From assembly GCA_963737905.1 (NCBI GenBank), contig CAVTUQ010000028.1:64001-128000 (forward strand): 64,000 nucleotides of DNA, given 5' to 3'. Made by a program: the position numbers and the translations under genes. Under the pieces are notes generated by a model. The model worked only from the letters and a program-made list of their open reading frames with translations. It was not told where the DNA came from and searched no databases. The DNA is from an uncultured delta proteobacterium. Its GTDB lineage: Bacteria > Desulfobacterota > Binatia > UBA9968. Positions 11,443 through 22,168 of the stretch are shown here, piece after piece (within the stretch, counting starts at the first letter, position 1; each line of letters begins with the position of its first letter).

Positions 11443-12564
11443 TCACAGAATCTGCCGCGTCAGATCTAGGTTTGCCGTGAACCGGTCAGCGGGGGGAAGT
11501 TCCGACCTGGCGTTGTAGATCACCAGCGGTATGTCCGATTCATGCAGCGAACCGTGCGAACGATAACCGGGCTCGAGATCCTCCATTGGACTTGTGAGAT
11601 CACCAAAGACTGTATCGGCATCGCCAATAACGACCAACTCACCGATACGTTCCGGCATGAGATCAAATTGAGTTGCAGCTTCATGGCGAGAAAGTACGGC
11701 TTCCACGCCTTTCAACCCCGTTAGTGTCTGAGCGACTCTGGCTTCGTCCCGTGGCGATTTAAGCCACACCCAAGCGGCCCCACCAAAAGTTCGGTGATGC
11801 TTGATGTAGCGATCTTTTTCGGCGGAAAGAGCAAATCGCACCTCGGTTCCTAGCTCGCGGCAGGCTCTAAACAGATCCCAACAGCGCGTCTTATAGTTCA
11901 TCCCGTGGTCGGCGGTAATTAAGAAGGCGGCGTCGGGGGCAGCCTCCATGGCTTCACCCAAGAGACGATCCAGCTCGGCCAAATGCTCTTTCGACTCCGG
12001 TGCTTCCGGCGCCCAGGCATGCATCGGGTAATCCGTGGTGTGGACGTACAAGAGACCGATATCGGGACGGTGCTTGAGAATGTCGATGGCAACTTCCCAA
12101 AGCCAATAGTTTATCTCGCGGCTGTAAATGTTCGCCGGGTTGCCATAACGTTCCGCCCACTCCGGCGGCGGTGCCTCCGCGGCCACCGCAATCTCGGTGC
12201 CCCTTCCCAAGAGATGAATGGTTTTTACTTTGCACGTCAGCAGCGCCGACCTTACGCCGGCGCTGGCCGCCCGTTGAATGATTGTGGGGACCCGAATGAA
12301 ATCGGCGCTTTCCATGTAATCAGCCTCGCCGGTCTGCTCGTTGAAATACGAGTTCCCCGTGATGCCGTGTTCTTTAGGCCATGCGCCGCAACAAATGGAC
12401 GCGTTGTTGGCATTTGTCACGGTTGGAAAAACCGCATTCACTCGCTTGAAAAAACCCCGCTGCCCCATGAACTTGAGCGACGGCAACGCGTTCGCTTCGA
12501 GGTAGTCCATGCCGAATCCATCGTACATGCCGATAACGATACGTTGCTTTCCAATAAGGGTCAT
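11443..12564 (-). CDS. phnA: Phosphonoacetate hydrolase-like alkaline phosphatase superfamily protein
   Basis: DGFG, PTVTNANN (Thr nucleophile), HGITGN, TTDYPMH, TADHGM and RSHG motifs match the PhnA/NPP family. Confidence 0.78.
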   Translation of the reverse strand: MTLIGKQRIVIGMYDGFGMDYLEANALPSLKFMGQRGFFKRVNAVFPTVTNANNASICCGAWPKEHGITGNSYFNEQTGEADYMESADFIRVPTIIQRAASAGVRSALLTCKVKTIHLLGRGTEIAVAAEAPPPEWAERYGNPANIYSREINYWLWEVAIDILKHRPDIGLLYVHTTDYPMHAWAPEAPESKEHLAELDRLLGEAMEAAPDAAFLITADHGMNYKTRCWDLFRACRELGTEVRFALSAEKDRYIKHHRTFGGAAWVWLKSPRDEARVAQTLTGLKGVEAVLSRHEAATQFDLMPERIGELVVIGDADTVFGDLTSPMEDLEPGYRSHGSLHESDIPLVIYNARSELPPADRFTANLDLTRQIL

Positions 12565-12753
12565 AGAGCGATCAACTTTCCAGGATTGTAAAGTATTATC
12601 CTAGTTTATCCACTCGCATCAAGGCGCGCCCAGCATTCTTGCAGTGAGGCAACAAAGCGGTGGCTCCTGTGCTACACTGAAAGCGATCATGCCGACCGCC
12701 GCTGTTAACAAAACCCGACGTTTCTCAGATGCTCGTCGGAGGAAGGCTCTACG

Positions 12754-14313
12754 ATGAAGAACCGCGATCTGCAGGCCACGTGGGCTTATCATGATGAAAC
12801 CAAGCACTCTCATGAGAGCATTCGAACGAATCGCCATTATTTGGACTGGGAGAACCAGCCGATTCCCTTTAAAATCTATTCCAAGCTGGAGCCCATGGCT
12901 CTGCCCCAAGACCTATCCTCCTCGGGGATGACCGCGATCGAGGCGATTTCGAGTTTGGAAGGCCCGACAAACAATCAAGTCGTTCCCTCGATTCAAACCT
13001 TGGCGGAAATCCTCTATCTATCTGCAGGCATCACCAAACGCAGGAGCTATCCCGGAGGCGAGATCCTTTTTCGCGCAGCCGCTTGCACAGGAGCGCTGTA
13101 CCATATCGACTTGTATCTCATCTGCGGCGATCTGGGGGATTTGGAAGCGGGAGTCTATCATTTTGGCCCGCAGGACTTTGCTCTGCGGCGGCTGCGTGAT
13201 GGAGAACACCGTAATGCCCTGGTAGAGGCGAGCGGAAGAGAGCCTGCCATAGCCCACGCCCCGGCTATCATCGTCTGCGCTTCGACTTACTGGCGCAATG
13301 CCTGGAAGTACCAGTCGCGCGCCTATCGGCATTGCTACTGGGACACCGGCACAATCCTCGCTAATCTTTTAGCCGCCGCGGCCGCGCGTCGGATGCCGGC
13401 GCGAATCGTCCTCGGCTTCATCGACGGGACGGTGAGCCGACTTCTCGGTCTGGATGCAACGCGAGAGGGCGCTCTTGCTTTGGTGGCGCTGGGCGACTTA
13501 CCGTCTCAGGCGAATGGATCGTCTACGCCTGTCGATCTTTTAACGTTCGAAACCGCGCCCCTTTCTAAAACTGAAGTGGACTATCCCGATATCCGGGCGA
13601 TGCACGAAGCGTCGTCGCTGGAAGGTGCCGCTGAGGTCATCGACTGGCGTAGTCAAGTATCAGCGGATGTTTCGCCGGCAACTGAAAGTCTCACTCCCAC
13701 TTCAGATGATCGCTTGATCGCCCTTCAGCCACTCGGCGACTCCGAGATTCCTCGGGATAGTCTCGAAGAGGTCATCCAGCGGCGCGGCTCCACCCGGCAG
13801 TTCGCCCGCGAGTCGATCAGCTTTGGACAATTGTCCACCATGCTTGACCGGGCGACGCGCGGGCTTCCAACCGATTTTCTCCGTCCGGAGGAAGCGCCCA
13901 TCAACGATCTCTATCTAATTGTGCATGCCGTGGACGATCTCTCTCCCGGCGCCTATGTTTTTCACCATGACAGCCGCGCCCTGGAGCTCCTCAAGGAAGG
14001 AGATTTCCGCCGCGAGGGAGGCTACCTCGGACTGGGACAGGAGATTCCTGCCGATTGCAGTGTGGACGTGTTCTTCCTGACAGATCTAACTAGAGTCCTG
14101 GAGCGATGGGGCAATCGGGGTTATCGGGCGGCTCAACTGGAGGCAAGCATAATGGGCGGAAAGCTATATCTCGCGGCCTATGCTCAAGGCCTCGGCGCCT
14201 CGGGGCTGACTTTTTTTGATGACGACGTGACGGAATTTTTCTCGCCTCACGCCGCAGGCAAAAGCGTTATGTTCTTGCTCGCCTTAGGTAAATCCGTCAG
14301 GCGGAGGATCTGA
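12754..14313 (+). CDS. SagB/ThcOx-family tandem nitroreductase-like dehydrogenase
   Basis: YHDETKHS, RAAACTGALY and WKYQSRAYRHCYWDTG in the first domain; RRGSTRQF and RGYRAAQLEA in the second. Confidence 0.85.
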   Translation: MKNRDLQATWAYHDETKHSHESIRTNRHYLDWENQPIPFKIYSKLEPMALPQDLSSSGMTAIEAISSLEGPTNNQVVPSIQTLAEILYLSAGITKRRSYPGGEILFRAAACTGALYHIDLYLICGDLGDLEAGVYHFGPQDFALRRLRDGEHRNALVEASGREPAIAHAPAIIVCASTYWRNAWKYQSRAYRHCYWDTGTILANLLAAAAARRMPARIVLGFIDGTVSRLLGLDATREGALALVALGDLPSQANGSSTPVDLLTFETAPLSKTEVDYPDIRAMHEASSLEGAAEVIDWRSQVSADVSPATESLTPTSDDRLIALQPLGDSEIPRDSLEEVIQRRGSTRQFARESISFGQLSTMLDRATRGLPTDFLRPEEAPINDLYLIVHAVDDLSPGAYVFHHDSRALELLKEGDFRREGGYLGLGQEIPADCSVDVFFLTDLTRVLERWGNRGYRAAQLEASIMGGKLYLAAYAQGLGASGLTFFDDDVTEFFSPHAAGKSVMFLLALGKSVRRRI

Positions 14314-14334
14314 TGTGTACAGGAGCTAAGGGTG

Positions 14335-15445
14335 CTACACGATACTGAGCATGCGCTCGATGGGAATACGCGCCCGGTCGGCAAGACCCGGATCGACGGT
14401 GATTTCATGAATCCCGTCGCGCAAAGAAAGGTGGAGCTTGCGGAAGGTGTTTTGTTTCATATAGGCGCAAACCGCTTCTGGGCTGGCCGGGACTATCGTC
14501 TTACCGGGCGCGGCTTTGGACAATGGATAGATGTTACCGACTTCGGTTGCCATGATCACAACCTTTTGCGGCGTCTCGCGCACGAACTGCGCCATGCCTT
14601 GGGTGGAACGAAACTGCATCATGATGCGCGGGAGCCGTGCCCTGCGCCATCTGGCGCATGCAAGCGCTCGTGCAACCGCACTCGGGATGGACCACCACCG
14701 CAGCGTCCGGGTAATTCCGTTTTTGCATTTCTACATGGTAGGGGCGAATACGGTCGTGCACGTGACAGGCGCCCATCATGAGCCATAATCTTTCCAAGGA
14801 CTGATTTTGCTGCTCCAAAAGCTTGGCCGCGTAAAAACCCAGATAAACATCGGGAAGAAAAAGAATAGGTTGACCGGGATCGGAATTGGCCAACACATGT
14901 AATATGACTTTTGCGGCATTCGCCGATGCGCAGCAATAATCGCTCTCCGCCTTCACATCCAAATAGGTATTGACGTAACTGATGACGATCCCTCCAGGGT
15001 GTTCTCTCTTCCACCGACGAATTTTCTCCGGGTCGGCGTGGGCCGCCAGCGAGCAGAGCGCGCCCAGGTCCGGCGCCAGAACGCGCTGGTGCGGCTTTTT
15101 CATAATCGCCAGGATCTGATTCATGAACAGCACCGAAGCTTCCAACAGAATGTCGGCGTCGGACTCAGCACCCTTTTGGGCGAGATAAAGGGAATCGCCG
15201 ACGGCATCCGCGACATCCTGAATATCGCTGGGCGCGTAATTGTGCGCCAGAATGTAAGCGTTGCGTTCTCTTTTTAGCCGCCTGATTTCAGACTCGAGCC
15301 AGCGATGCTCCTCTGCCGGCACGTTGTCGCGATAGGCATCCGGGGAAACCGGCGGGACTTCGATGGGAGGAGCCAGGTCGACCTCATCGATCATTCGAAT
15401 CGCGTCTATAGCGGGGAAAATATCTCCAGATACCGGTGGGTCCAT
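14335..15445 (-). CDS. nadA: Quinolinate synthase NadA, one frameshift near 14620
   Basis: LAHNY, GDSLYLA, CSLA, YVNT, CHVH and HPEC in ORF 14534-15445; ATE and C-x-Y-M-K in ORF 14335-14622. Confidence 0.92.
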
Positions 15446-15661
15446 GCCTTTAAATACTATCTTACTACTAAATTTCTTGGAGACAACTGAAGGTCATTAA
15501 ACTCATTCGGAGGCAAGAACTTATAACCCTTTGCCCAAGCCGGGAATAACGCGCAATTCAGTCGACTTTCCCGAATCGAGGTCGTCTTCAATCCGTCTGG
15601 ACAAAGCCGATTAGCTCGTGTACCAAATATAGCATAGGCGCACCGCGTTAGAGAGCACCGA

Positions 15662-16801
15662 GTGACCTTGCCTTTATTAAACCTTGTCACATTACTGTCC
15701 GCCCTCTTGCTGTCAGCATGTGCCGGACTGCCGGTACGCGGCAGCGTGGGCGGGCAGACGATTGAAACCCGGGTAGATTCGGAAGTAGCGAGCTACTACC
15801 TGGCAAACTATCTGGCGGGAAAGCACACTGATCCCGCACTCGATAAGCGTATCGATCGCGTTTACCAGAGCGCTGACGGTGACTTGCCCGATCGCGCCGA
15901 ATTGAAACGTTTGAGTGATGAGTTCTCAGTCGATTTTGCAGCCCTGTATTTCGCTGACCGAATCGACCGCGATCCCATCAACCGTCGCTTTCGAAACGAC
16001 TTCGATCAAATACGCGATTACGTCCGCGAAGCCTTTCGTGAAGGTCATGTGAAATTGCCCGCCGCGGCGTCTGGCTATGAAGTGCTGTTTGTACCCACCT
16101 ATCTCTACAAGCGCCTTTCCTTTACCGGTGCCGATATGGCTGCTCCGCGGGCGGCGTTGCAACGGGTGGGGTTCATCTGCCAATTTGTCGAAACCGATGA
16201 TGACGGACCGGTCGAGACGAATGCAGATCTCGTGATCGCCGCCATTCGGGCTCGCGCGAAGAGCGGCCGCCGGCTGATTATTGTGAGCGCCAGCAAGTCG
16301 GGTCCTGAAGTCGCCCTGGCACTGACGAAGCTGGGGCCTGCTGAAACCCGTCATGTCGCAGCCTGGATTAACACGGTAGGCGCATTGCAGGGCAGCCCCG
16401 TGGCCGATGAAAACCTTGCGCCGGAGTTAGAATTCATCGTCGGTAAAGTGGACCCGGCGGGCAGGGAAAGCATAACGACCGCACGCAGCCGGCAACGATT
16501 CGATTCGTTTCGCATCCCTGAACACGTTCTTGTGGTCAACTACTTTGGCATTCCGGTCAGCGGCAGTATTTCTTTTTTTGCCCGCAGGGGCTTTTTCCCC
16601 TTGCGCAAGTACGGACCCAATGATGGCCTTGTGCTGTTGTCCGACATGATTATTCCACGCGGCGTGACGCTCGCTGAGCTAGGCAGCGACCACTTTCTGA
16701 TTAACGAGCACCTTGATGTTAAGAGCGTGGCCTTGGCGATAACGGTGGTCCGCTGGCTGGAAAACCCTGACCACACAATGTCGTCCATTCCGCGGGGTTA
16801 G
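15662..16801 (+). CDS. Lipoprotein with a lipase-like alpha/beta hydrolase fold
   Basis: Lipobox LSAC; SASKSG elbow variant, GALQGSP, NDGLV and DH. Confidence 0.6.
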   Translation: MTLPLLNLVTLLSALLLSACAGLPVRGSVGGQTIETRVDSEVASYYLANYLAGKHTDPALDKRIDRVYQSADGDLPDRAELKRLSDEFSVDFAALYFADRIDRDPINRRFRNDFDQIRDYVREAFREGHVKLPAAASGYEVLFVPTYLYKRLSFTGADMAAPRAALQRVGFICQFVETDDDGPVETNADLVIAAIRARAKSGRRLIIVSASKSGPEVALALTKLGPAETRHVAAWINTVGALQGSPVADENLAPELEFIVGKVDPAGRESITTARSRQRFDSFRIPEHVLVVNYFGIPVSGSISFFARRGFFPLRKYGPNDGLVLLSDMIIPRGVTLAELGSDHFLINEHLDVKSVALAITVVRWLENPDHTMSSIPRG

Positions 16802-16863
16802 TATTAGAACCCCTCCCGGCTCGAGTATCTTCTTACTGAAGAGCGGAATGTTGGAGGGCAAGT

Positions 16864-18036
16864 CTAGGTGATCATCAGACCGAGACTTCTGAGCGCGGTA
16901 ACGATCTCGTCGGGCAAAACGGAGGGAGTCTTTCCCAGCGCGTGGCAAGTGATCAGAGCGTCTGCCGTCCTCTCGATGATGAAGGTCATGTCGATGGTGT
17001 GACGCAGGTTCGGTCCGCCGACGATGAGGCCATGGTTCTGCATGATTACGGCGGGGGCGTCCTTGACAGCCGCGCCAACGATGTCGGCAAGCTCACTGGT
17101 TCCGGGCATGATGAACGGGACGCGGGGAATCTCGCCGATGAATGCGGCCTCTGTCGAAATCGGCAGGAACGGGAGGCCGGTGAGACCCAAGATTGTTGCC
17201 TTCGGCGCATGGGAGTGGATCACCGCACCCATCTTCGGGTTGTTCCGGTACACCGCACAGTGGAGCAAGCGCTCGCTCGAGGGTGCATAGGGAAAATTGC
17301 CGATCGGATTGCCCTCGAGATCGATCCGCACCAACATATCTGGGCGAAGCAACCCCTTGAAGGACGAATTCGGTGTGATCCACGCCTCGTCTTTGTCCGG
17401 GATACGCACACTCACGTTGCCGCCCGTCGAAGTGATAAGTCCGTGGGCGTACATTTCCTCGACGGTGCGAACGACCTCATCGCGAATATCGCCAACGAGG
17501 ACTCTCCCCGCCCTGGCCCCCTCGCCGCTTGGAGCGGCCGTAGCGAGCACCCCCGCAGGCGGCGCATCCATCTGCGGGAGTGCCTTTTCCGCGGCCCGTT
17601 CGAAAACCGCATCGAGATCGCTGACCTCGGCTCGGGCCTCAGTGTAGAGGCGATTGAGATCTTTCTGAATGCGCTGCAGCGACATCGCCTTGATGGTGTC
17701 GCCGATGAACGACAGCTTGCCACTCATCGCCGCCTTCGGACCGTTCTCCCGTCCGGTAAACAGCTTGTCGAGAATGTCGGCTTTCATCTTCAAGGTGACC
17801 TGCGGCTTTTCCGGCGAATTGCCCACTCCACAATGCACCGCGCCCTTGTCGAAGTTGGTAAAGAAGGAGAGGTTCACGTCGTTGAGCTCGTAGCGAACCG
17901 TTATCTGCCGTCCTTCGGCGAACGAAAGGATCTTCTCATCGCGGCTCAGGCGCTGGCCGAAAATGCCCAAGAGTTGTTCCATCTGCGCGCGCACTTCCTT
18001 CGATCCGTCCGAACCGCGTCCCGTTCTGGCGTCCAT
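16864..18036 (-). CDS. SCP2 sterol/lipid-binding domain plus class II aldolase (probably the C-terminal part of the upstream fusion)
   Basis: SCP2-like VTLKMKADILDKLFTG...AAMSGKLSFIGD; class II aldolase GGNVSVR, SSERLLH, HSH and NHG. Confidence 0.82.
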   Translation of the reverse strand: MDARTGRGSDGSKEVRAQMEQLLGIFGQRLSRDEKILSFAEGRQITVRYELNDVNLSFFTNFDKGAVHCGVGNSPEKPQVTLKMKADILDKLFTGRENGPKAAMSGKLSFIGDTIKAMSLQRIQKDLNRLYTEARAEVSDLDAVFERAAEKALPQMDAPPAGVLATAAPSGEGARAGRVLVGDIRDEVVRTVEEMYAHGLITSTGGNVSVRIPDKDEAWITPNSSFKGLLRPDMLVRIDLEGNPIGNFPYAPSSERLLHCAVYRNNPKMGAVIHSHAPKATILGLTGLPFLPISTEAAFIGEIPRVPFIMPGTSELADIVGAAVKDAPAVIMQNHGLIVGGPNLRHTIDMTFIIERTADALITCHALGKTPSVLPDEIVTALRSLGLMIT

Positions 18037-20884
18037 CGGGCTGGTCGTTTCCCGGCTCGGCGCCTGACAGAGCAGTGGTCTCGACCATCCCTGATCGACG
18101 ACCTAGAAAAGCACTCCTGAGCCCGGAGAGTAGCCCCTCCTTCTTCCCTGCACGCGGTGCTTCGACGCGCAAAACCGGCGGCGCCTTAGACACCGGGGAA
18201 GCTTTCTCGCTATCGACGGGAAGGTCGGTCACCGATGGCCGCGAGTTCCGCCGCAGCCGCTCGAGAAGCTCGGGTGAAGGCACCGGCCGCGGCGTGGTCC
18301 AACTAAAATGCTCGAGGGTTTCGCGGTTGGCGACGTTGCGGGGCTGCCCGCCGCGCAGAAGCTCGGCCAGGTCCGCAGCCACGATGGCCCCCTGGTGGGA
18401 GAAAACTTCGAAGGTGTTGCCGCCGACGTGGGGCGTAGCGATCACATTCGCGAGCTGGAGCAGTGGATGATCCGAACCGGGCGGCTCAACGGGAAACACG
18501 TCGACCGCCGCGCCCGCAAGGCGCCCGTCCTTGAGCGCCGAGACCAGCGCCTCTTGATCGATAAGGGCCGCGCGCGCCGTGTTGATCAGATACGCGCCCG
18601 GCTTCATCCTCGCAATCTCTGCGGGCCCGAGCAATACCCGCGATTCGTCGGTCAGGGCCGCATGCAGGCTGACGAAATCGCCTTCGGCAAGGAGCTGTTC
18701 CAGCGAGACCGGATCGACGTCGAGGAGCACCGCTTTTTCGGGGGAAATGAATGGATCGTAGGCGATGACGCGCACGCCAAACGGCTGGAGGCGCTTGACC
18801 ACACGTTGCCCGACAGCCCCCAAACCGACGATGCCGATCGTTTTGTGCCACAACTCATGGCCCTTTAGCCCCTCGAAGGCCCGCCCCATACGACCGACAT
18901 CGCCTTCTTCGCCGGACTGATAGAGAAATTGCGTCGCCTGCGGTAACTTGCGGGCCAACATCAGCATGAAACAAACCGTGAGGTCGGCGACCGCGTCCGC
19001 GTTGCGTCCCGGCGTGGTGAGCACTAAAATTCCATGCGCCGTGCAAGCGTCGACGTCGAGATTGACTGCGTTCCCGCGGCAGGAAGCGACCACCCGAAGA
19101 TCCGGCACCTTGCTCAACACCTCGGCGTCGACCGCGTCTACTTCAGTGATCAACACCTGTACCCCGGCAAGCGCCTCGATGAGATCTTCGCCGGCGAGCA
19201 GCCGCAACTTTTCGCGAAAGCTCTCATAGCGTACTTCTCCAAGTTTGCGCAGCGTCGCCAATCCCTCATCGTCCATCGCCGCGGTTACCAGGATGTTCGG
19301 GCGTAGCATGGCAGGCTGGGATTCAACGCGATCACCGTTTTGGGCCGCTTTAGCCATGATCACCTGTACCGCGTTTGATTCGGCGATCTCGTCAGCCTTC
19401 TGACGTTCGGCTCGTACTTCCAGCCAGTGATCGTAGTGCGACTGGTACGCAAAGCGCCGCGCCGAATCAGGCGCAAAGCCGCGCACTTCGCTGGCAAAAC
19501 GCTTCGCCCCCTCGGCGACGTTGCCATACAGCTGCGCTCCGACGCCGGCGCAAATAGCAGCGCCCAGCGCCGAGCATTCCGGCAGCTGGGCAGCTTCAAC
19601 CGGCATGCCGAGCACATCCGAAAGAAGCTGTGCGAAGAATGCGCTTTTCGACATCCCGCCGGCCAATCGGATCGCTTGGGTCGATCCGTTCTGCGCCGCC
19701 TTTTGCAACAGCTCAATATTACTCCTCGCCGCAAAGGCCAAGCCTTCGACAACGGCTCGCGACACGTGGCAACGGCGCGACGGATCGTCGGCCAGCATCA
19801 TCGGCGACAATGTCAGATGCCCAACGGGCAGCCGCAGACGGCTGGCGTTGAATACCTCGGCTCCCAAGGTCGAGACGATCCCTTCGGCGCCCACGACACT
19901 TTGGGATGCTTCGGCAAACAGCACTGCCGCAGGATCGCCCCATCCTGCATAGATCACGCCGGCCAGCCAATCGATCATGTCGCCGCTTGGCCCGCCGTTG
20001 GATTCGAGCGTCCAGCGCCCCTGTATGACGTGGTGCGACGTCCACAGGCGGGCCTCCGGGTCGATAAACCCGCGCTCAAGCACCCGCTGCACCGGCATCG
20101 TCGAACCGGCAATGATAGCGATCTGGCCCGAGTCAACCACCCCGGCACCGAGCAGGCCACACTGCGTATCGCCGCCACCCGCGACCACTGGAATGCCAGG
20201 CTGAAGGCCCAGATTCAAAGCCGCATCTTTGCCGAGCGGACCAACCACGGTCCCCGAGGACACGACGTCCGGAAATAGGTGTCGCGGCAAACCAAGCGAG
20301 CGGATGAGATCATCCGCCCACCGCCTCGCGCCCACCTCGAACAGGCCGCTTTCGCTCGCCACCGACGGCTCAGCGACCAGATTTCCCGACAGCCGATACG
20401 CCAACCAATCGCTCAGTCCCAACACCGAGTGGGCCCGGCCGAGAAGCTCGGGCGCTGAGTTTGCCATCCACAACAGCCGCGAAGCCGTAAACAACGGAGC
20501 CGGAAAATGCCCCGTGCGCTCGTGAAACTCGCGTCCACGTTCGCCCGCCAGCTGAAGGCCGTGCATCGCTCCGCGCGCGTCTCGCGTCGGCGTCGCAAGC
20601 AGTACTTCTCCTCCCTCATCGACCACCACCGACCCGTGACGCATGCCCGTGGTGGAGACCCCCAAGACATCCCGCGGTCGTGCACCCACCTCCGCCATCG
20701 CGTCACGCGCGGCTTCACCGAAGCGGCGCCACACCTCGACCGTATCAAGGTCGTAACCGAATCCGAGGCTCATCCGGTGTTGCCACGGCCGACAGGTGCT
20801 CACCGCCCGGCCGGAAGCCACGTCAAGAAGCAAGCAGCGGCCCTTTTTGCCGCCGAGGTCGAGCCCCATCAAATACTGCGCCAC
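17936..20884 (-). CDS. FGGY carbohydrate kinase fused to a D-isomer-specific 2-hydroxyacid dehydrogenase
   Basis: Kinase motifs DLGG, GGDTQCG and GGMSKS; dehydrogenase motifs PGRNADAVA, GLGAVG, INTAR, DVFPVEP and TPHVGG. Confidence 0.88.
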   Translation of the reverse strand: MAQYLMGLDLGGKKGRCLLLDVASGRAVSTCRPWQHRMSLGFGYDLDTVEVWRRFGEAARDAMAEVGARPRDVLGVSTTGMRHGSVVVDEGGEVLLATPTRDARGAMHGLQLAGERGREFHERTGHFPAPLFTASRLLWMANSAPELLGRAHSVLGLSDWLAYRLSGNLVAEPSVASESGLFEVGARRWADDLIRSLGLPRHLFPDVVSSGTVVGPLGKDAALNLGLQPGIPVVAGGGDTQCGLLGAGVVDSGQIAIIAGSTMPVQRVLERGFIDPEARLWTSHHVIQGRWTLESNGGPSGDMIDWLAGVIYAGWGDPAAVLFAEASQSVVGAEGIVSTLGAEVFNASRLRLPVGHLTLSPMMLADDPSRRCHVSRAVVEGLAFAARSNIELLQKAAQNGSTQAIRLAGGMSKSAFFAQLLSDVLGMPVEAAQLPECSALGAAICAGVGAQLYGNVAEGAKRFASEVRGFAPDSARRFAYQSHYDHWLEVRAERQKADEIAESNAVQVIMAKAAQNGDRVESQPAMLRPNILVTAAMDDEGLATLRKLGEVRYESFREKLRLLAGEDLIEALAGVQVLITEVDAVDAEVLSKVPDLRVVASCRGNAVNLDVDACTAHGILVLTTPGRNADAVADLTVCFMLMLARKLPQATQFLYQSGEEGDVGRMGRAFEGLKGHELWHKTIGIVGLGAVGQRVVKRLQPFGVRVIAYDPFISPEKAVLLDVDPVSLEQLLAEGDFVSLHAALTDESRVLLGPAEIARMKPGAYLINTARAALIDQEALVSALKDGRLAGAAVDVFPVEPPGSDHPLLQLANVIATPHVGGNTFEVFSHQGAIVAADLAELLRGGQPRNVANRETLEHFSWTTPRPVPSPELLERLRRNSRPSVTDLPVDSEKASPVSKAPPVLRVEAPRAGKKEGLLSGLRSAFLGRRSGMVETTALSGAEPGNDQPDGRQNGTRFGRIEGSARADGTTLGHFRPAPEPR

Positions 20885-21074
20885 TTATTTCCTTCCGGTA
20901 AGAAAAACCCAGCGAATTTAAGAGCCTCTTATCGCAATCAGGGCGTAGATGTCCAGCCTTGGGAGTAGTATGGCGACGGAAAATTGGCGATTGACACGGA
21001 ATTCCGGAGAGTCGCCTCTACGGCTCTCCGAAAATCCAGACATAGAAGGAGGGCGAGGAGCTTCTCGGCGCAAA

Positions 21075-21950
21075 TTACGGGGTGCCAGTCCGGCAGGCCG
21101 ATCCTGAGCTTTCTTCGAGAAAGGCAGTGGCCTTTTTTCTGACGTCTTCCGTCGGCAGACGATGCCCATTGTTGGGATAGAGAACGAAGCGGTAGGGTCT
21201 CTTAGCGGCCTCAAGCGAGTCGCGTAAGAGATTCGCTTGTTGGACGGGAACCAGAGAATCCTTTTCACCATGCAGCACCAGGGTCGGAGCGTGCCAGGTG
21301 GAGACCTCCGGCAGAATGCTGATGAGCTTCGGATGAGCTTCGCCGCTGGGATTCAACAGGGATCGAAACCAGGGTGCTTCTTGATAGAACAGATTCAGAT
21401 CATAGGCTCCTGACTGCAAGACTATCCCTTCGATTCCCTCTATCCGGTTTACGAGGAGCGAGGTGAAAAATGCGCCACGGGAGAAACCATAAAGGTAAAA
21501 TCGCTTAGACTCTATCCATGGAAGCTTCTCGACTAGAGAAACCGCGTCCAGGATCACGTTTAAGGTAATTTTTGGATCTGTCCCCGGCGCCACTTCTGTT
21601 GCACCATAGCCGGGAAGCGAAACGGCCAAGCCGGCGTAGCAAAGATCGCTGGCAAAAGCTTCCGCCTCCGGCACGATACTTGTGGCACCAATGGCTCCAA
21701 AAGTGTGGCCGTGGAGCAAGATCATAAGCGGGAACGGGCCGGGCCCTGCGGGTCTGATGAGATAGGCTTCGGCATTTGAACCGGAAGTCGGAAAGATAAA
21801 ACGCGTGGTGACACCTCTCGGAGTGTCAACCAGCGCGTCTAGGGATGTCGTCTTGGCGGCGTTACAGGCAACGAGCGAGAAAAGACAGAGAAAGGGGAAG
21901 AAATATTTTGGAAACTTTCGGTGTTCCACAGGAAGAACACCGCCGAGCAA
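21075..21950 (-). CDS. Prolyl oligopeptidase (S9)/dienelactone hydrolase-family lipoprotein
   Basis: Lipobox-like LVAC, GFSRGA, HGEKDSLV and GH giving a catalytic triad pattern. Confidence 0.8.
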   Translation of the reverse strand: MLGGVLPVEHRKFPKYFFPFLCLFSLVACNAAKTTSLDALVDTPRGVTTRFIFPTSGSNAEAYLIRPAGPGPFPLMILLHGHTFGAIGATSIVPEAEAFASDLCYAGLAVSLPGYGATEVAPGTDPKITLNVILDAVSLVEKLPWIESKRFYLYGFSRGAFFTSLLVNRIEGIEGIVLQSGAYDLNLFYQEAPWFRSLLNPSGEAHPKLISILPEVSTWHAPTLVLHGEKDSLVPVQQANLLRDSLEAAKRPYRFVLYPNNGHRLPTEDVRKKATAFLEESSGSACRTGTP

Positions 21951-22168
21951 TTGTTACGCCAACCGAACGGTTTGGGTATCTAGGCGAATGAGGGAACTTC
22001 TATCTCTCTAAAGTGCCGTTACGTGGACTTTGCGAGTTTGAAAATGTTCTGTTGACCGTAATTTTCTCGAAGAGCGTGTCTATCGGCTGGGCTCTCTTCT
22101 TGGGGAGCCCCGTCCCGCCGGACCTCCGAACAGGAAAAGGTGCTACAGGTGAAACGGATACTGAGATA

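Noticed and set aside
12754-14313. RiPP (azole) biosynthetic cluster around the SagB-like gene
   Set aside because: No YcaO, precursor peptide or dedicated transporter is adjacent, and stand-alone tandem SagB proteins are common.
16942-18120. Long antisense ORFs (e.g. 16942-18120, 19427-20278, 31903-32676, 60407-61138)
   Set aside because: They are shadow frames of well-supported genes on the opposite strand in GC-rich DNA and carry no motifs.
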